A DNA stretch of 64,000 nucleotides, from assembly GCA_010909165.1 (NCBI GenBank), contig MU008153.1, forward strand, positions 682,001 through 746,000. The letters are read 5' to 3'. Below, piece after piece: positions 47,924 through 60,269 of the stretch (positions are counted from its first letter, which is position 1; each line of letters starts with the position of its first letter). The notes under the pieces were generated by a model. That model searched no databases. It was not told where the DNA came from and worked only from the letters and a program-made list of their open reading frames with translations. The stretch is from Anthoceros angustus. Its lineage: Eukaryota; Plantae; Anthocerotophyta. Made by a program: the position numbers and the translations under genes.

Positions 47924-50900
47924 ATGGCGTCCCTCACGTCGATCCTGAGGCGGCACCACGCGGCCCTGCCCGCGCCGTCCTCCTCCGCCTCCGGTACGCG
48001 ATCTCGGCGCCGCTTTTGCTCCCGCTCTCCCGAAGCTCCAGCTCCGTTGGCTTCCTGCGGCCTCATTCAGGCTCCTTGTCATGGCTGGTGCAATGTGCAG
48101 TCCCGCAGGCGGCAGCTGGCCCGCGGGCGCTCTTCGTCGGCCATGCGGTTCCAGGAAATGCAGGCTTGTGCGTGGCCCGTGTGCGAGGCAAGCGGAGTCG
48201 GACCATTGTCGCCACCTCGGATGTGGAGAGGCAGACTGAGCAGACTTCTACCTACATTGCGGCTCCGAGAAAGGACTCGGGGTCCGTGTGCTGCAAATTT
48301 GCAATTTTCTGCTGAAATGTTGCTGTTGGAGCTCTGTTTCGGTGAAGCAGTCGGAAGATTTCCGCCTGCGAGCATTGCGCTGTGCGATTTGTGGAGATGT
48401 TTGATGTGGAGATTGTTTCTCTGGACGCAGAGACAACCTGGATTCGCATTTCCAAGTTCCTAAGCTTCGAATGGATAACAATTCCATCAGAATGGAACGG
48501 GAGCAAGTGATTGCGGTTATGAAGTCGAAGCTTGTCCTCACTTTGGCGGACCTGATAGGTGCGATGAACTGGTTCTTGGTGCGAATGCTTATCAAGTGTG
48601 GTTCACAACTGCTGTAGTTATTGGCTCCACAAGTTTCCTCAACCCGACGTTTTAAAAAAGCAGAGAATGAAGGTGACCGAGAGGAGTTTTTCCAGTTTTG
48701 CAAGCGGGTGGAGTCAACAGTGCGGGCATGGTATTTCGTCCAGTTTGAGGAACTCATGGTTAGGATCTGTTCCCAAACTATGTTCTGTTACTGCATTTGA
48801 GCGGTGTGTGAGCGCGTTCACACCTCTGGTCTTCTTTTTCGAGATCTCTAGATGAAGGAGTGATTTGATCCAATTCCTGCGGTGCAGCAACTGTACTCCT
48901 TGTTCGAGCCAGGGTACGGGGCTGAGAAGCTGGCGCAGCAAAGGTTTACGACGGATCAAGTGGATGCATTGGAGCAACGTTTTTTGAGGATATTGTTCAA
49001 GGTGCCTGATGTTTTGCAGTAGCTGGTTTAGTGGTCAGCAGCCTTCTGTAAGGTATTAGCAACGAAACTGTCTGGTCTCCATGTCAGCAGCTGGTTGAGA
49101 AAAGCAATTTCAAACTGGTTAGTGATGAAGAGATAGAAGTAGCGGATTCCGACCAATACCTCGTCAACCTGAAAATCGAAGTTGATTCCGCTAAGGTAAG
49201 TCTCATCTGTAGTAGATGTCCTGCTGCTGAATGGACGTGTAAGTTCAAATTTTTTGATGTCTGTCAATGTGTACCATCGCAGCTGGACAACAAACTTCTG
49301 AGCAAGTACTTCACAGAGCATCCACAAGAAGGGCTGCCGAAGTTCTCAGAACAGGTACGTCAGCAATCTGTACAGGTGGGACCTGTCCAGCCTACATCAA
49401 CTCATCTTTTGTTGCTTCCTTTTCAGTATATTCTGTTCAGGCGGGGTATCGGGATTGACAAGACGACAGATTGGTTTCTCTTGCCCAAAGTTGACTCTAT
49501 ACTTTCACGGCTTTGGCATGGGTTGCTGCGAGCTTTGAAGTAATCACACTTTGCTACGGTCACATGTTTTATGCCAGAGCGGCTCCCAACTTTTGAGTTT
49601 GACTCCAGCTCTTCTCATTATGCCCAGCCAGGCTCGAAAAGTTCAGTGGGAGTGATGCCCCCACTGACCCAATAGACGATGATGATGAAGCTGCCGAAGC
49701 AGATGGCACCAGCCTCTACGTGAAGCGTACTCGGATAGAGAACATGAAACTGAGGCAAGTTCCTGGCCTTGCTTACAGGGTGGTGAACTCGGACTATAGA
49801 CTGGCTTCTGTAGCCTGCATTTGCTTGTCGTGATCGTCACTTCTCCCTTGGACTCTTATTCTGATCTCAATCTTGCTCAAGTTGTGAGAAGGAACTCTTG
49901 CCTGTAGAATTTTCCGGTGCAGAGCTGACTGTTGTCGAACTTTGTTTTGGGACAGCCTTCAAAATCTGATCTCGAAGACAACGATACAGGAACCAGCATT
50001 CCAGCGAATTATTCTTTTGTACAGGTGACTGTCTTTCTGAAAGATGGTCTGTCGTGCTCATATTGCGATTTTATCAGTTTCGTTCTTCTGAGAGATGGTC
50101 TGTCGTGCTCATATTGCGATTTTATCAGTTTCCTTCTTCCCTTGTGCATATTTAACGGTTTAGTTTGTCGCAGATTAGCAACTCCAAGCGGCAAGAAAGG
50201 AGAGGCTGCTCCTCCATTGGACCGAGCAATCCATGTGAAGCATTTCAGGAACATACCGATGGCAGACTTGGATGTTGTCTTGGTGAGTTATGATCTTGAA
50301 TCCAACCTGTGTGTTACGTTGCATAACATTGGCCTGAGATTTATTTCAGTCTTCAAGTCTCACATGTTCCCTGATATGGCAAAAAGGGGCTAACGTCTGT
50401 CCATGCCCGATTGCTTTCGCCTCCAACTGATCACTTTGCTCTGCTGCAGCCAGAAAAGAAGAACCCTAGCCTTACCACCTTGGATTATTCAAGGATCGCT
50501 ATATCCGCAATTGTTGGGTTGGTCAGTCAGCCTCTCTTTAACCTTTAAAGCGCTTGGCAAGCCACCAAAAATCCAGGATTGTCACTCATTGACGTCGTTT
50601 CTGAGACAGGGTGCCATTGTGGGGTCGCTAAAGACTGATATCGTGGACATCAGGGTGGGAGCAGCCGTTTTCAGTGGCTTTGTTGTGTACTGCGCGAGGA
50701 TTTACCTGAAGTATTCTCCAAATCATCACATCTGTTGCAGTCTCTTGACGCCGTAGAGAAAGCTTCAAGAGCTGTTTCAGATTCACTAATTAACCTTGCA
50801 ACCTGCAGCTTCAACCGGAGCCTCAGGGAATGCCAAAGTCTCATCACCAGATCCATGTATGACAAGCAACTGGACACGGGGAAAGGGACACTTCTCCATC

Positions 50901-51466
50901 TTTGTGACGATGTCATCCAACAAGAGGTAAAAATCTATCGTGCTGAAGGAAGAACCAGTATTCTTGTTCCATGCTTCATGACATCCTGTCGCTGTGCAGG
51001 TCAAAGAGGTTATCCTTGCATACTACATGCTGATGATGCATGGACAAGCAACAGAGCAGGTACAACTGATTCCAACTTCAGGCACGTTAGGTTCCTATGT
51101 CACCAGTATCCTAATTCTGTTCGCACTGTCTTGGACAGGAACTCGACTTGCTGGTGGAAAAGTTGCTACTTGAGAAATTCGTTGAAAACACTGACTTCGA
51201 GGTGGACGATGCTCTCCAAAAACTGGAGAAGTTAGGAATCGTTACGAAGGTAAGATAGTCTGTTTCAGCCGATTGAGCAAGTATTGACCGCATTTGTGGT
51301 ATCCTTGTTGCTCTAATGGTAGCTTTCAATTCTGGAGCAGGACTCAGAGGATAGGTACCGCGCTGAGCCCATTCGGCGGGCTAATGAAAAATTAGGGTTA
51401 GCCCCCGACACCTTCAACTTCGTCGATGAAGACGTTCTGAGTCTGAGACCAGCCGTCTTTGTGTAG
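47924..51466 (+). CDS. DUF3754 family protein (AT3G19340/AT5G13940-like) with transit-peptide-like N-terminus, multi-exon
   Basis: [69 protein letters not shown] and [16 protein letters not shown]. Confidence 0.9.
50037..50138. repeat. 51-bp intronic tandem duplication
   Basis: CTGA(A/G)AGATGGTCTGTCGTGCTCATATTGCGATTTTATCAGTTTC(G/C)TTCTT occurs twice. Confidence 0.85.
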
Positions 51467-51633
51467 GCGAGGTTGGTTATCTATGTAATAGTTCTATTTC
51501 TATCTATCTGGAGAGAAGCGGAAGCGGTTTGGTCTATGTGGAAACCTGAGCCGTGCACTGTTTTTATTGGAGAATCTTTTTTTTTTAAAGAGTCTGGGCC
51601 CTGCAATTCTGTTTGCCATTCCAGGAGGGCCTG

Positions 51634-51713
51634 CCATCCATTTCAAACCAATTGCAAACCAGATGGGATCTGTCCATCCATTTCAAATCATTTGCAAACC
51701 AGATGGGATCTGT
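51634..51713. repeat. 40-bp tandem duplication
   Basis: CCATCCATTTCAAACCAATTGCAAACCAGATGGGATCTGT occurs twice with 2 mismatches. Confidence 0.85.
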
Positions 51714-52160
51714 CAATTGGAAAATTGGAATGGTTGTACACTATTTATTATAGACCTACTAAGGAATCTCTTAATTGAAATAGAAGTTACTTAAATAGAT
51801 ATGATTGGACATATTTATGAATTAAATTAATAAATATAAATAGATATTTTTTATAGTTAAAATTATGAATTATATGTATTTCAGGTAATAGATATTAACA
51901 ATCTCAAGAATCTCTTACTCAACTATAAGGAATGAATCTAATGGTACAGAAACTGAAGTTATACGTAAATTAATATTGACAAGTCATAAAATGGGATGTA
52001 CAAGTTTGAGGCATTGGCTTGCCATAGAATGGATGCGTCATGGGACGGATATGAACATCTATAGTGGATAAACGAAGTGACACCCTAGCAATCTTGTTTT
52101 ATGGGCTATTATAGATTGATATTTAAGCACGTGTGTGTCTGGATCTATAAGTTTTCTAAA

Positions 52161-52405
52161 AGTTCAAATATTTCCAGTGCATCCATCTTATAAGAAGTGA
52201 TGGTATTCTATGCATTTCAACATTTAGATATAAGATATAATATATTTTTATTTTTGCGAGGCTAGTCCCCTTGGTATGGGGCCCTCCACTAGACTATTTA
52301 AAAACTTATAGTTCAAATATTTCCAGTGCATACATTTTATAAGAAGTGCTGGTATTCCATGCATTTCAATATTTAGATATAGAATATAATATATTTTATT
52401 TTTGC
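52161..52405. repeat. About 95-bp direct repeat pair (52161-52257 and 52310-52405) in an AT-rich island
   Basis: AGTTCAAATATTTCCAGTGCAT...TATTTTTGC is repeated about 150 bp apart. Confidence 0.75.
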
Positions 52406-52682
52406 TCCACTAAGCTATTTCTCACCCCCTTGGTGTAAATGAGACTTCCCATCTTTGCACATTTATAAAGTCTTTTGTTTTCTTTTGATATACGAAATAT
52501 ATATAATAAGTATGTAACTTTTAAAAATATTATATCAATTTACAAATATAATTTAAATAAACCTAAATAATATCTTAAAATATAGGAAAGTACTTTGGAT
52601 ATGTCGTTGTATTCAAATTTTTTTAGCACTTTGAAAAAACAAAATGAGCAAAGATGAAAGTTTTCAAAATAAGAGCTAGGTT

Positions 52683-53114
52683 TCAAAAAGGAGGCGCAGG
52701 ACAAAAATCACTACGAGACGATCTACTAAACAGATAACTTACATAACAATCATTTAAGTAAAACCATGCACTAATACTAGATGCACAAAGTGTATTTAGA
52801 GCTTCTTCTAGAAAATTTAAACAATCTTCACAAGTTCGCTTGTTGATTTGAGTCGATGTCTTAAAACAATCAATCCAGCCTTCGAAGGGATATTCCTTCA
52901 TGTTATAGATTATTCCCGGAAATGGCTGGTTTCTTCTAGTTTCAAATAATCGCTTGACGTTCTGCTTGAGTACAAGATACTCATCTAAATCTTGAAATTG
53001 TACAGGATTGCACCAATGATTGACATACTCTAAATTTGCCCTCGCGACAACATGGCTAATATTCCAAAGGATTATTATTAACAAAATTTGGATTTTGATC
53101 TCAATTGCATTCAT
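52683..53114 (-). CDS. Secreted single-domain Gnk2/DUF26 (stress-antifungal)-like Cys-rich protein, divergent
   Basis: Signal peptide MNAIEIKIQILLIIILWNISHVVARA, then HWCN and DC-X11-C-X2-C, then LCASSISAWFYLNDCYVSY, paralleling ginkbilobin-2 ICNNAIGARVQLVDCFIQY. Confidence 0.75.
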   Translation of the reverse strand: MNAIEIKIQILLIIILWNISHVVARANLEYVNHWCNPVQFQDLDEYLVLKQNVKRLFETRRNQPFPGIIYNMKEYPFEGWIDCFKTSTQINKRTCEDCLNFLEEALNTLCASSISAWFYLNDCYVSYLFSRSSRSDFCPAPPF

Positions 53115-54446
53115 TATTGCAAAGTTGAAATTCCACTTTGTAAATTCACTGCTATATATCAAAAATTTAAAACATCAAAAGTTATTAAAGTAATAATACA
53201 CATAACTACTAGTCACTTATTTATTATAAAATAAAATATCAAAAACCATTTCTTCATATTTGATGTGAAAATTTCATATTTAAAGATTATGAAATGAAAA
53301 GATCTAGGCGAAAGTATTCTCTTACATAGTTATATTCTTGCACTACAAATATCAAGATATTCCATATCTTTGTAACTTTCACATTGATTTGATTTTTAGG
53401 TTTTAATTATTCAGGAAGAAAAGAATTCACATAGAATACCTACTTTGATCACTGGCTATTTACTGCATATATAACACGCCCATCAATAGAATTTTTATAT
53501 TATCTAATTTAATAAATTCACTCTTCACGTCACGGCCAATCCATCAAACACTCTTTGATGGTCACTTCGGAGGGCCATGATAGTAGGATATGCCCACAAG
53601 GGCATGGGGGGTCCGAGCTCTACGTTTGTACAAGTTGGTGTACGAGAGGAAGGCATGGCTGTGACATTTGTGCTATTTGTGTCTCTCTTGCAGGCATGTG
53701 CTAGTGGGTTACACATGGGGCAGTAGCTTAATATGCAGATCAGAAAAGCGGGACATGAAGGTGATGTGTTCGTGGTCAGCAATTAGTGAAAATATTTATG
53801 CAAAGTGTGGGAGGTTGGAAGGCGCTCATAGGCTGTTTGATGGAGCTGGGAAAAGAAATTTGGTGTCATAGGTGAATGGATCTCCTTGGTGGTGCTGGTT
53901 AATAGCTTTGGTAAGGGAAGCAGCTAGAGCAAAGCTAGTAGACTGACAAGGAGGGACTGATGCATAGTTTTTGGTTGGGAATGAGAAGCATCCCCAGAGC
54001 GCACCAAGGGTATATACACAGCAGGTGGATGCGCAGCTCGCTGCTCAGGATAGTGTGATGGCCCGTCACCCCCTGCCTCCTAGAAGTGCTACTTCATGAC
54101 AAAGCATTCGTCCTCCGAAGAATACATGGTGGAAACAAAAGACAAAGACGGAAATAGATCAAGCACGAAGGTTAGAAGTGTTCACAGTTCACGAATATCG
54201 AGAATGACCTCGTCAAGAAAAACGACGTCCTATTGTTGCTCCATAAAAAAGTATTGATTAACTTCAAGAACATAAAAAAGAAGGAGTAAATTGTTGTATG
54301 AAATATTCAAGGCCCACTCACAAGGTTTTGTAGGTCATTTTAACAGTACAAAAAAGGGGAAATACACCTAAACTTTCAGTCATTTACTTTTATGTAGCAA
54401 ACACACTTGTTGATATATTTTCATCACCTTGGTTTATAAAATTTTC
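52918..54446. repeat. Segment A (~1.5 kb), duplicated at 55564-57068
   Basis: Near-identical sequence, differing mostly by small and homopolymer indels. It includes the 5' half of the Gnk2-like gene and the PPR fragment. Confidence 0.92.
53570..53930 (+). pseudogene. PLS-PPR gene fragment (second copy at about 56205-56550)
   Basis: MIVGYAHKG..ALRLY, VLFVSLLQACAS and IYAKCGRLEGAHRLFDG..RNLVS*, with in-frame stops and frameshifts. Confidence 0.75.
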
Positions 54447-54952
54447 GTCGTGGTCACGCTCATTTCTGGAGTGGTTGGGATAGCAGCGCTGTTGGCTGCC
54501 AACGCCCATCAAAGAATGGAGCTCCGGTGGCCTGGCAGGCGCCGACGGTGCCACTATTCTTATTGACCTTCTCCTCTCCTTCCTGGCTCTCGGGTATGAT
54601 ATTCTGCCGGCCAGCACAAAGGTGACCCTTGCAAGACCTTGGAAGTTTAGCGCTCAGCCTATTTATTGTCCTCCAACAGGTATGCTTGCAAGGAGATCGA
54701 CGACGAAAACAATAGACCACCTCATCACCGGGACGGACGAGTTGTGAGTGACTGACCTTGTTCGCTCATGCTGTAACAGTTCTCTTCAGTCTCCGGTTTC
54801 TTTGAACACAAACTTTCTTGTAGACGACTGATCCAAGATCTGTGACAAACTCGCAGCAAACGCTGGAGGCTTTTGTGATCATCATCGCCGCCTTCAAGCT
54901 GTTCAAACTGGTGACCTTGCACACAAACCTCACAGACAGGATTTTCACTTAA
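54440..54952 (+). pseudogene. 5'-truncated AWPM-19 copy (exons 2-4 only)
   Basis: Copy of 60531-61048 lacking exon 1 and the promoter, with indels (GCTGCCAACGCCC versus GCTGCTAGCAACGCC). Confidence 0.8.
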
Positions 54953-54969
54953 GACGCTGTCTGTGTTAG

Positions 54970-55125
54970 TGATACATTGTTGTACTCATCTTTTGATTGG
55001 GGAACATGTCACCGAGTGACATTGTTGTACTCATCTTTTGATTCTGGAAAATGTCACCGAGTGACATTGTTGTACTCATCTTTTGATTCTGGAACGTGTC
55101 ACCGAGTGACATTGTTGTACTCATC
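54970..55125. repeat. 45-bp tandem array (about 3.5 units); further copies at 58532-58683 and 61067-61221
   Basis: Unit GTGACATTGTTGTACTCATCTTTTGATTCTGGAAAATGTCACCGA, with the junction palindrome ATGTCAC-CGA-GTGACAT. There are no unique spacers. Confidence 0.9.
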
Positions 55126-55287
55126 GTGTGATTCGGAAGGATTCAATTGGGAGAATAAAGTACTCTGCTATCGGCATGATCATATTCAGTGGTTGGCACC
55201 ATGTTCTGTCATAACGAAGCAACGTGCAGCTCCTGACCATCTTTTGCATCACGGAGCTCACCATTAGTGTCAATTCGTAGCCTCATG

Positions 55288-55571
55288 ACTGCACATTGGA
55301 TAAGGCGTTGGTCTTGAGATTTTGGGATCAATTCTTTTGATTGAAATTTTGGGATTGATTCTTTTGATCGATTTTGGGATTGGGTGTGTAAAAACCCAGG
55401 TCATGGAATTTGCATCCACAACAAGGTGAGTACAAGGTAATGAAGGAGTTTTTGTACCACGGAGCAAGCTAACACACATCATGTTCATTGGATGAGACGA
55501 TGGTCCTTGAATCTTGAGATTTTGGGATCAATTCTTTGTTTGAGATTAGTTCTAGAAAACTTCGGAAATGG
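55288..55571. repeat. Segment D copy of 57107-57388
   Basis: ACTGCACATTGGATAAGGCGTTGG...TTCTAGAAAAC is present in both places and contains internal GATTTTGGGAT subrepeats. Confidence 0.9.
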
Positions 55572-57599
55572 CTGGTTTCTTCTAGTTTTCAAATAATCGC
55601 TGACGCTCGCTTGAGTACAAGATACTCATCTAAATCTTGAAATTGTACAGATTGCACCAATGATTGACATACTCTAAATTTGCCCTCGCGACAACATGGC
55701 TAATATTCCAAAGGATTATTATTAACAAAATTTGGATTTTGATCTCAATTGCATTCATTATTGCAAAGTTGAAATTCCACTTTGTAAATTCACTGCTATA
55801 TATCAAAAATTTAAAACATCAAAAGTTATTAAAGTAATAATACACATAACTACTAGTCACTTATTATTATAAAATAAAATATCAAAACCATTTCTTCATA
55901 TTTGATGTGAAAATTTCATATTTAAAGATTATGAAATGAAAAGATCTAGGCGAAAGTATTCTCTTACATAGTTATATTCTTGCACTACAAATATCAAGAT
56001 ATTCCATATCTTTGTAACTTTCACATTGATTTGATTTTTAGGTTTTAATTATTCAGGAAGAAAAGAATTCACATAGAATACCTACTTTGATCACGGCTAT
56101 TTCGCATATATAACACGCCCATCAATAGAATTTTATATTATCTAATTTAATAAATTCACTCTTCACACGCCAATCCATCAAACACTCTTTGATGGTCACT
56201 TGAGGGCCATGATAGTAGGATATGCCCACAAGGGCATGGGGTCCGAGCTCACGTTTGTACAAGTTGGTGTACGAGAGGAAGGCATGGCTGTGACATTTGT
56301 GCTATTTGTGTCTCTCTTGCAGGCATGTGCTAGTGGGTTACACATGGGGCAGTAGCTTAATATGCAGATCAGAAAAGCGGGACATGAAGGTGATGTGTTC
56401 GTGGTCAGCAATTAGTGAAAATATTTATGCAAAGTGTGGGAGGTTGGAAGGCGCTCATAGGCTGTTTGATGGGTAGGAAAAGAAATTTTGGTGTCATAGG
56501 TGAATGGATCTCCTTGGTGGTCTTGGTTAATAGCTTTGGTAAGGGAAGCTAGAGCAAAGCTAGTAGACTGACAAGGAGGGATGCATAGTTTTGGTTGGGA
56601 ATGAGAAGCATCCCCAGAGCGCACCAAGGGTATATACACAGCAGGTGGATGCGCAGCTCGCTGCTCAGGATAGTGTGATGGCCCGTCACCCCCTGCCTCC
56701 TAGAAGTGCTACTTCATGACAAAGCATTCGTCCTCCGAAGAATACATGGTGGAAACAAAAGACAAAAGGCGGAAATAGATCAAGCACGAAGGTTAGAAGT
56801 GTTCACAGTTCACGAATATCGAGAATGACCTCGTCAAGAAAAACGACGTCCTATTGTTGCTCCATAAAAAAGTATTGATTAACTTCAAGAACATAAAAAA
56901 GAAGGAGTAAATTGTTGTATGAAATATTCAAGGCCCACTCACAAGGTTTTGTAGGTCATTTTAACAGTACAAAAAAGGGGAAATACACCTAAACTTTCAG
57001 TCATTTACTTTTATGTAGCAAACACACTTGTTGATATATTTTCATCACCTTGGTTTATAAAAATTTTCAGGGTGCAAGACACATACATCACACAGACTTA
57101 AATCACACTGCACATTGGATAAGGCGTTGGTCTTGAGATTTTGGGATCAATTCTTTGATTGAAATTTTGGGATTGATTCTTTGATCGATTTTGGGATTGG
57201 GTGTGTAAAAACCCAGGTCATGGAATTTGCATCCACAACAAGGTGAGTACAAGGTAATGAAGGAGTTTTTGTACCACGGAGCAAGCTAACACACATCATG
57301 TTCATTGGATGAGACGATGGTCCTTGAATCTTGAGATTTTGGGATCAATTCTTTGTTTGAGATTAGTTCTAGAAAACTCAGGAAATGGAGTTTGCATCCA
57401 CAAAAAGGTGAGTATAAGGTAATGCAGGAGTTTCCGTACCATGCAGCACACTAATACACATCATGTTCATTCCTAATTGGTAGCTTTGAACAAAGAACTC
57501 TGGGTGGCATAGAAAACTATGCAAAGGAAAGGCGACAATTTGAATCGGCAATATACCATATGTACTGGAAAAGGGTCTTGGCTGTCCGTAGTTATTTAT

Positions 57600-58047
57600 G
57601 TACCAATTAGTGAAACAATATATAGTTTACCCAGCAAAACCAACACACATTGTCGTACTCCCTATGTTTATGACGTTTAAATACAAAGGTCATAGTTTTC
57701 ACATCGCACCAACCACCTTCACTACTGCGATGCGATTCCGTCTGGGCCTGCTCCAGCCTGTGGCTTCTTCGCTCCTTACTTGCGAGTGCGGCTCTGCCCT
57801 CGATGATTCTGGGGTACACCTTGCTCGTTGTCCCTACGGGTCATCGCATTGCCACTCACGACGCCATCCGCGATGTCATGTTCGCCATCGCCGCGAAAGC
57901 GCTACATGGCATGGAGGGAGCGGATGTATACTCCGCTGTCGTTCAATCCGGTGACTGCACCTTGTCCGTGGCGACCGTGTTTCGGGCGATGTGGTGGTTA
58001 CCGATCCTACACGAGATACCATCTCCGCCAGTCATCACTAACCGTCC
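57600..58047 (+). mobile_element. 3' fragment of a non-LTR retrotransposon with restriction-like endonuclease (CRE-like)
   Basis: AMRFRLGL..CECG..LD..G.HL.RC..G(fs)HRIATHDAIRDVMFAIA is a CCHC knuckle region, followed by DVVVTDPTR (RLE motif) in another frame. Confidence 0.7.
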
Positions 58048-59564
58048 GTTGGCTGCTAGCAACGCCATCAAAGAATGGAGCTCCGGTGGCCTGGCAGGCG
58101 CCGACGGTGCCACTATTCTTATTGACCTTCTCCTCTCCTTCCTGGCTCTCGGGTATGATATTCTGCCGGCCAGCACAAAGGTGACCCTTGCAAGACCTTG
58201 GAAGTTTAGCGCTCAGCCTATTTATTGTCCCTCCAACAGGTATGCTTGCAAGGAGATCGACGACGAAAACAATAGACCACCTCATCACCGGGACGGACGA
58301 GTTGTGAGTGACTGACTCCTTGTTCGCTCATGCTGTAACAGTTCTCTTCAGTCTCCGGTTTCTTTGAACACAAACTTTCTTGTAGACGACTGATCCAAGA
58401 TCTGTGACAAACTCGCAGCAAACGCTGGAGGCTTTGTGATCATCATCGCCGCCTTCAAGCTGTTCAAACTGGTGACCTTGCACACAAACCTCACAGACAG
58501 GATTTTCACTTAAGACGCTGTCTGTGTTAGGGTGACATTGTTGTACTCATCTTTGATTGGGGAACATGTCACCGAGTGACATTGTTGTACTCATCTTTGA
58601 TTCTGGAAAATGTCACCGAGTGACATTGTTGTACTCATCTTTGATTCTGGAACGTGTCACCGAGTGACATTGTTGTACTCATCGTGTGATTCGGAAGGAT
58701 TCAATTGGGAGAATAAAGTACTCTGCTATCGGCATGATCATATTCAGTGGTTGGCACCATGTTCTGTCATAACGAAGCAACGTGTGCAGCTCCTGACCAT
58801 CTTTTGCATCACGGAGCTCACCATTAGTGTCAATTCGTAGCCTCATGACTGCACATGGAACTCACAACAACAACTTGGATGTACTGTAGGGTGGAGAAGG
58901 ATTGTTTCATCAGTGGAGAAAGAAAGAAAGACGATGTTATCACCACTGCAACGTACAGGCTGAACTCCCCGGCCCTCAGCCTTGATCGGATCAATTTGCT
59001 CTGCTGTCCCGGAGCTTGGGCGGCCATGGGCCAGCTGCTAAACTGAGAACTGAGTTACCAAAGAGTCAAGCTGCCGCCGGCAATTTGCATGCAAGCGGAC
59101 ATCGCATTTCCCTTCTGTAGGAGTGGGGCCGGCCCTGCTCCAGCTACGCCCAGGTGATGTATTATCCTCTACGTCTTTGATTTATCCGATGGTTTGTCTT
59201 CACCAACACTCTGGACAGCATGCCACCCTTCTTATTATGGCAGGTGGAGCGCGTCTCCCAGTGCTCCTCTCCCTGTGTTCCACGAGGCTTCAGCGAATCT
59301 GAGGCTGCTTCAGCCTTACACTTAAGTGAGGATTTTGATCAGGAGAACAAGCATGGTGAGGCTACCTAGGACGGTGTTTTCTCGAACTTTGATCCATTTC
59401 GTGGACATCCAGGGTCGTGAGTCGTGAGATTGATGTGATAAAAATAAGACTGTTGCCCACTGAAATTGATGCTCAGGGGACGACTCCGCAGCCTGCTCAG
59501 GAGGCTTCTCCCAGTTCCACCTCACATGCTGCCACCCCGGTGTCTGAACAGGGTGATCTTCCTC
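58048..59564 (+). repeat. About 1.5-kb duplicate of 60582-62107 (partial AWPM-19 exons 2-4, 45-bp array and 5' region of the second AWPM-19)
   Basis: Near-identical sequence from GTTGGCTGCTAGCAACGCC to GGTGATCTTCCTC. Confidence 0.92.
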
Positions 59565-60269
59565 TACCTCCGTGGTTTGCAGGCCGTTTATTCTTCCCGT
59601 GATATGACATTGTGGGTGCGAGGGTGACTTTAGGTAGGGAGCTTATTTGCTCCTCTTCACCTTGACCCCTGGTCCTCTTTGGTTGTCCCCTCCTAGATGG
59701 GCTTTTCCCATCGTTTTTCACCTCAATAAAATATTTCCCGTTTTCCTATGATATGTGTGAGTACCAAAGTTTATATCTTTTTATAAAAGCTAGCTATATT
59801 GTAAACCTATATGATGTACAGGTCGTAGATAGTAGGGAATAGGGACATATACAAATTGCAGTCGTTGTTAATATGTGAGCTTATGTATATTGAGATGGAA
59901 CGATTGAACTCGGTGCTAATAGGCGAGCGTGTAGAATGCGACGCTGCTGCATAGAACGGACGGGAAGAGAAAGCTGAAAGAGACAAAAAGGAGCACGGAA
60001 CATAGCTGCTCCCGCAAGCCACAAGTGTCTCCGTCTTGGAGCCGGCCTTCGTCCTGTGCCAGCAATGGCACTGTCGCATAGTGGAGTTCAAACACTCCCG
60101 CCAGGTTCCTGGCTCCAGGAGTCCAGTCCTTTCACACTCTTCAAACACAGCGCACATCTCGCACGAAGCTTGGTTTCAAGTTGGCCGAAGCAGCGCGAGC
60201 CGCGATCAGCACAGACCAGAGATTGAGGCAAAAGTGCCGTGAAATCTCATCTCTGCGACGTCATCCACA

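Noticed and set aside
59800-60269. ABRE/CE3 elements upstream of AWPM-19
   Set aside because: Only scattered ACGT cores without a clear ACGTG(G/T)C consensus cluster, so it cannot be supported.
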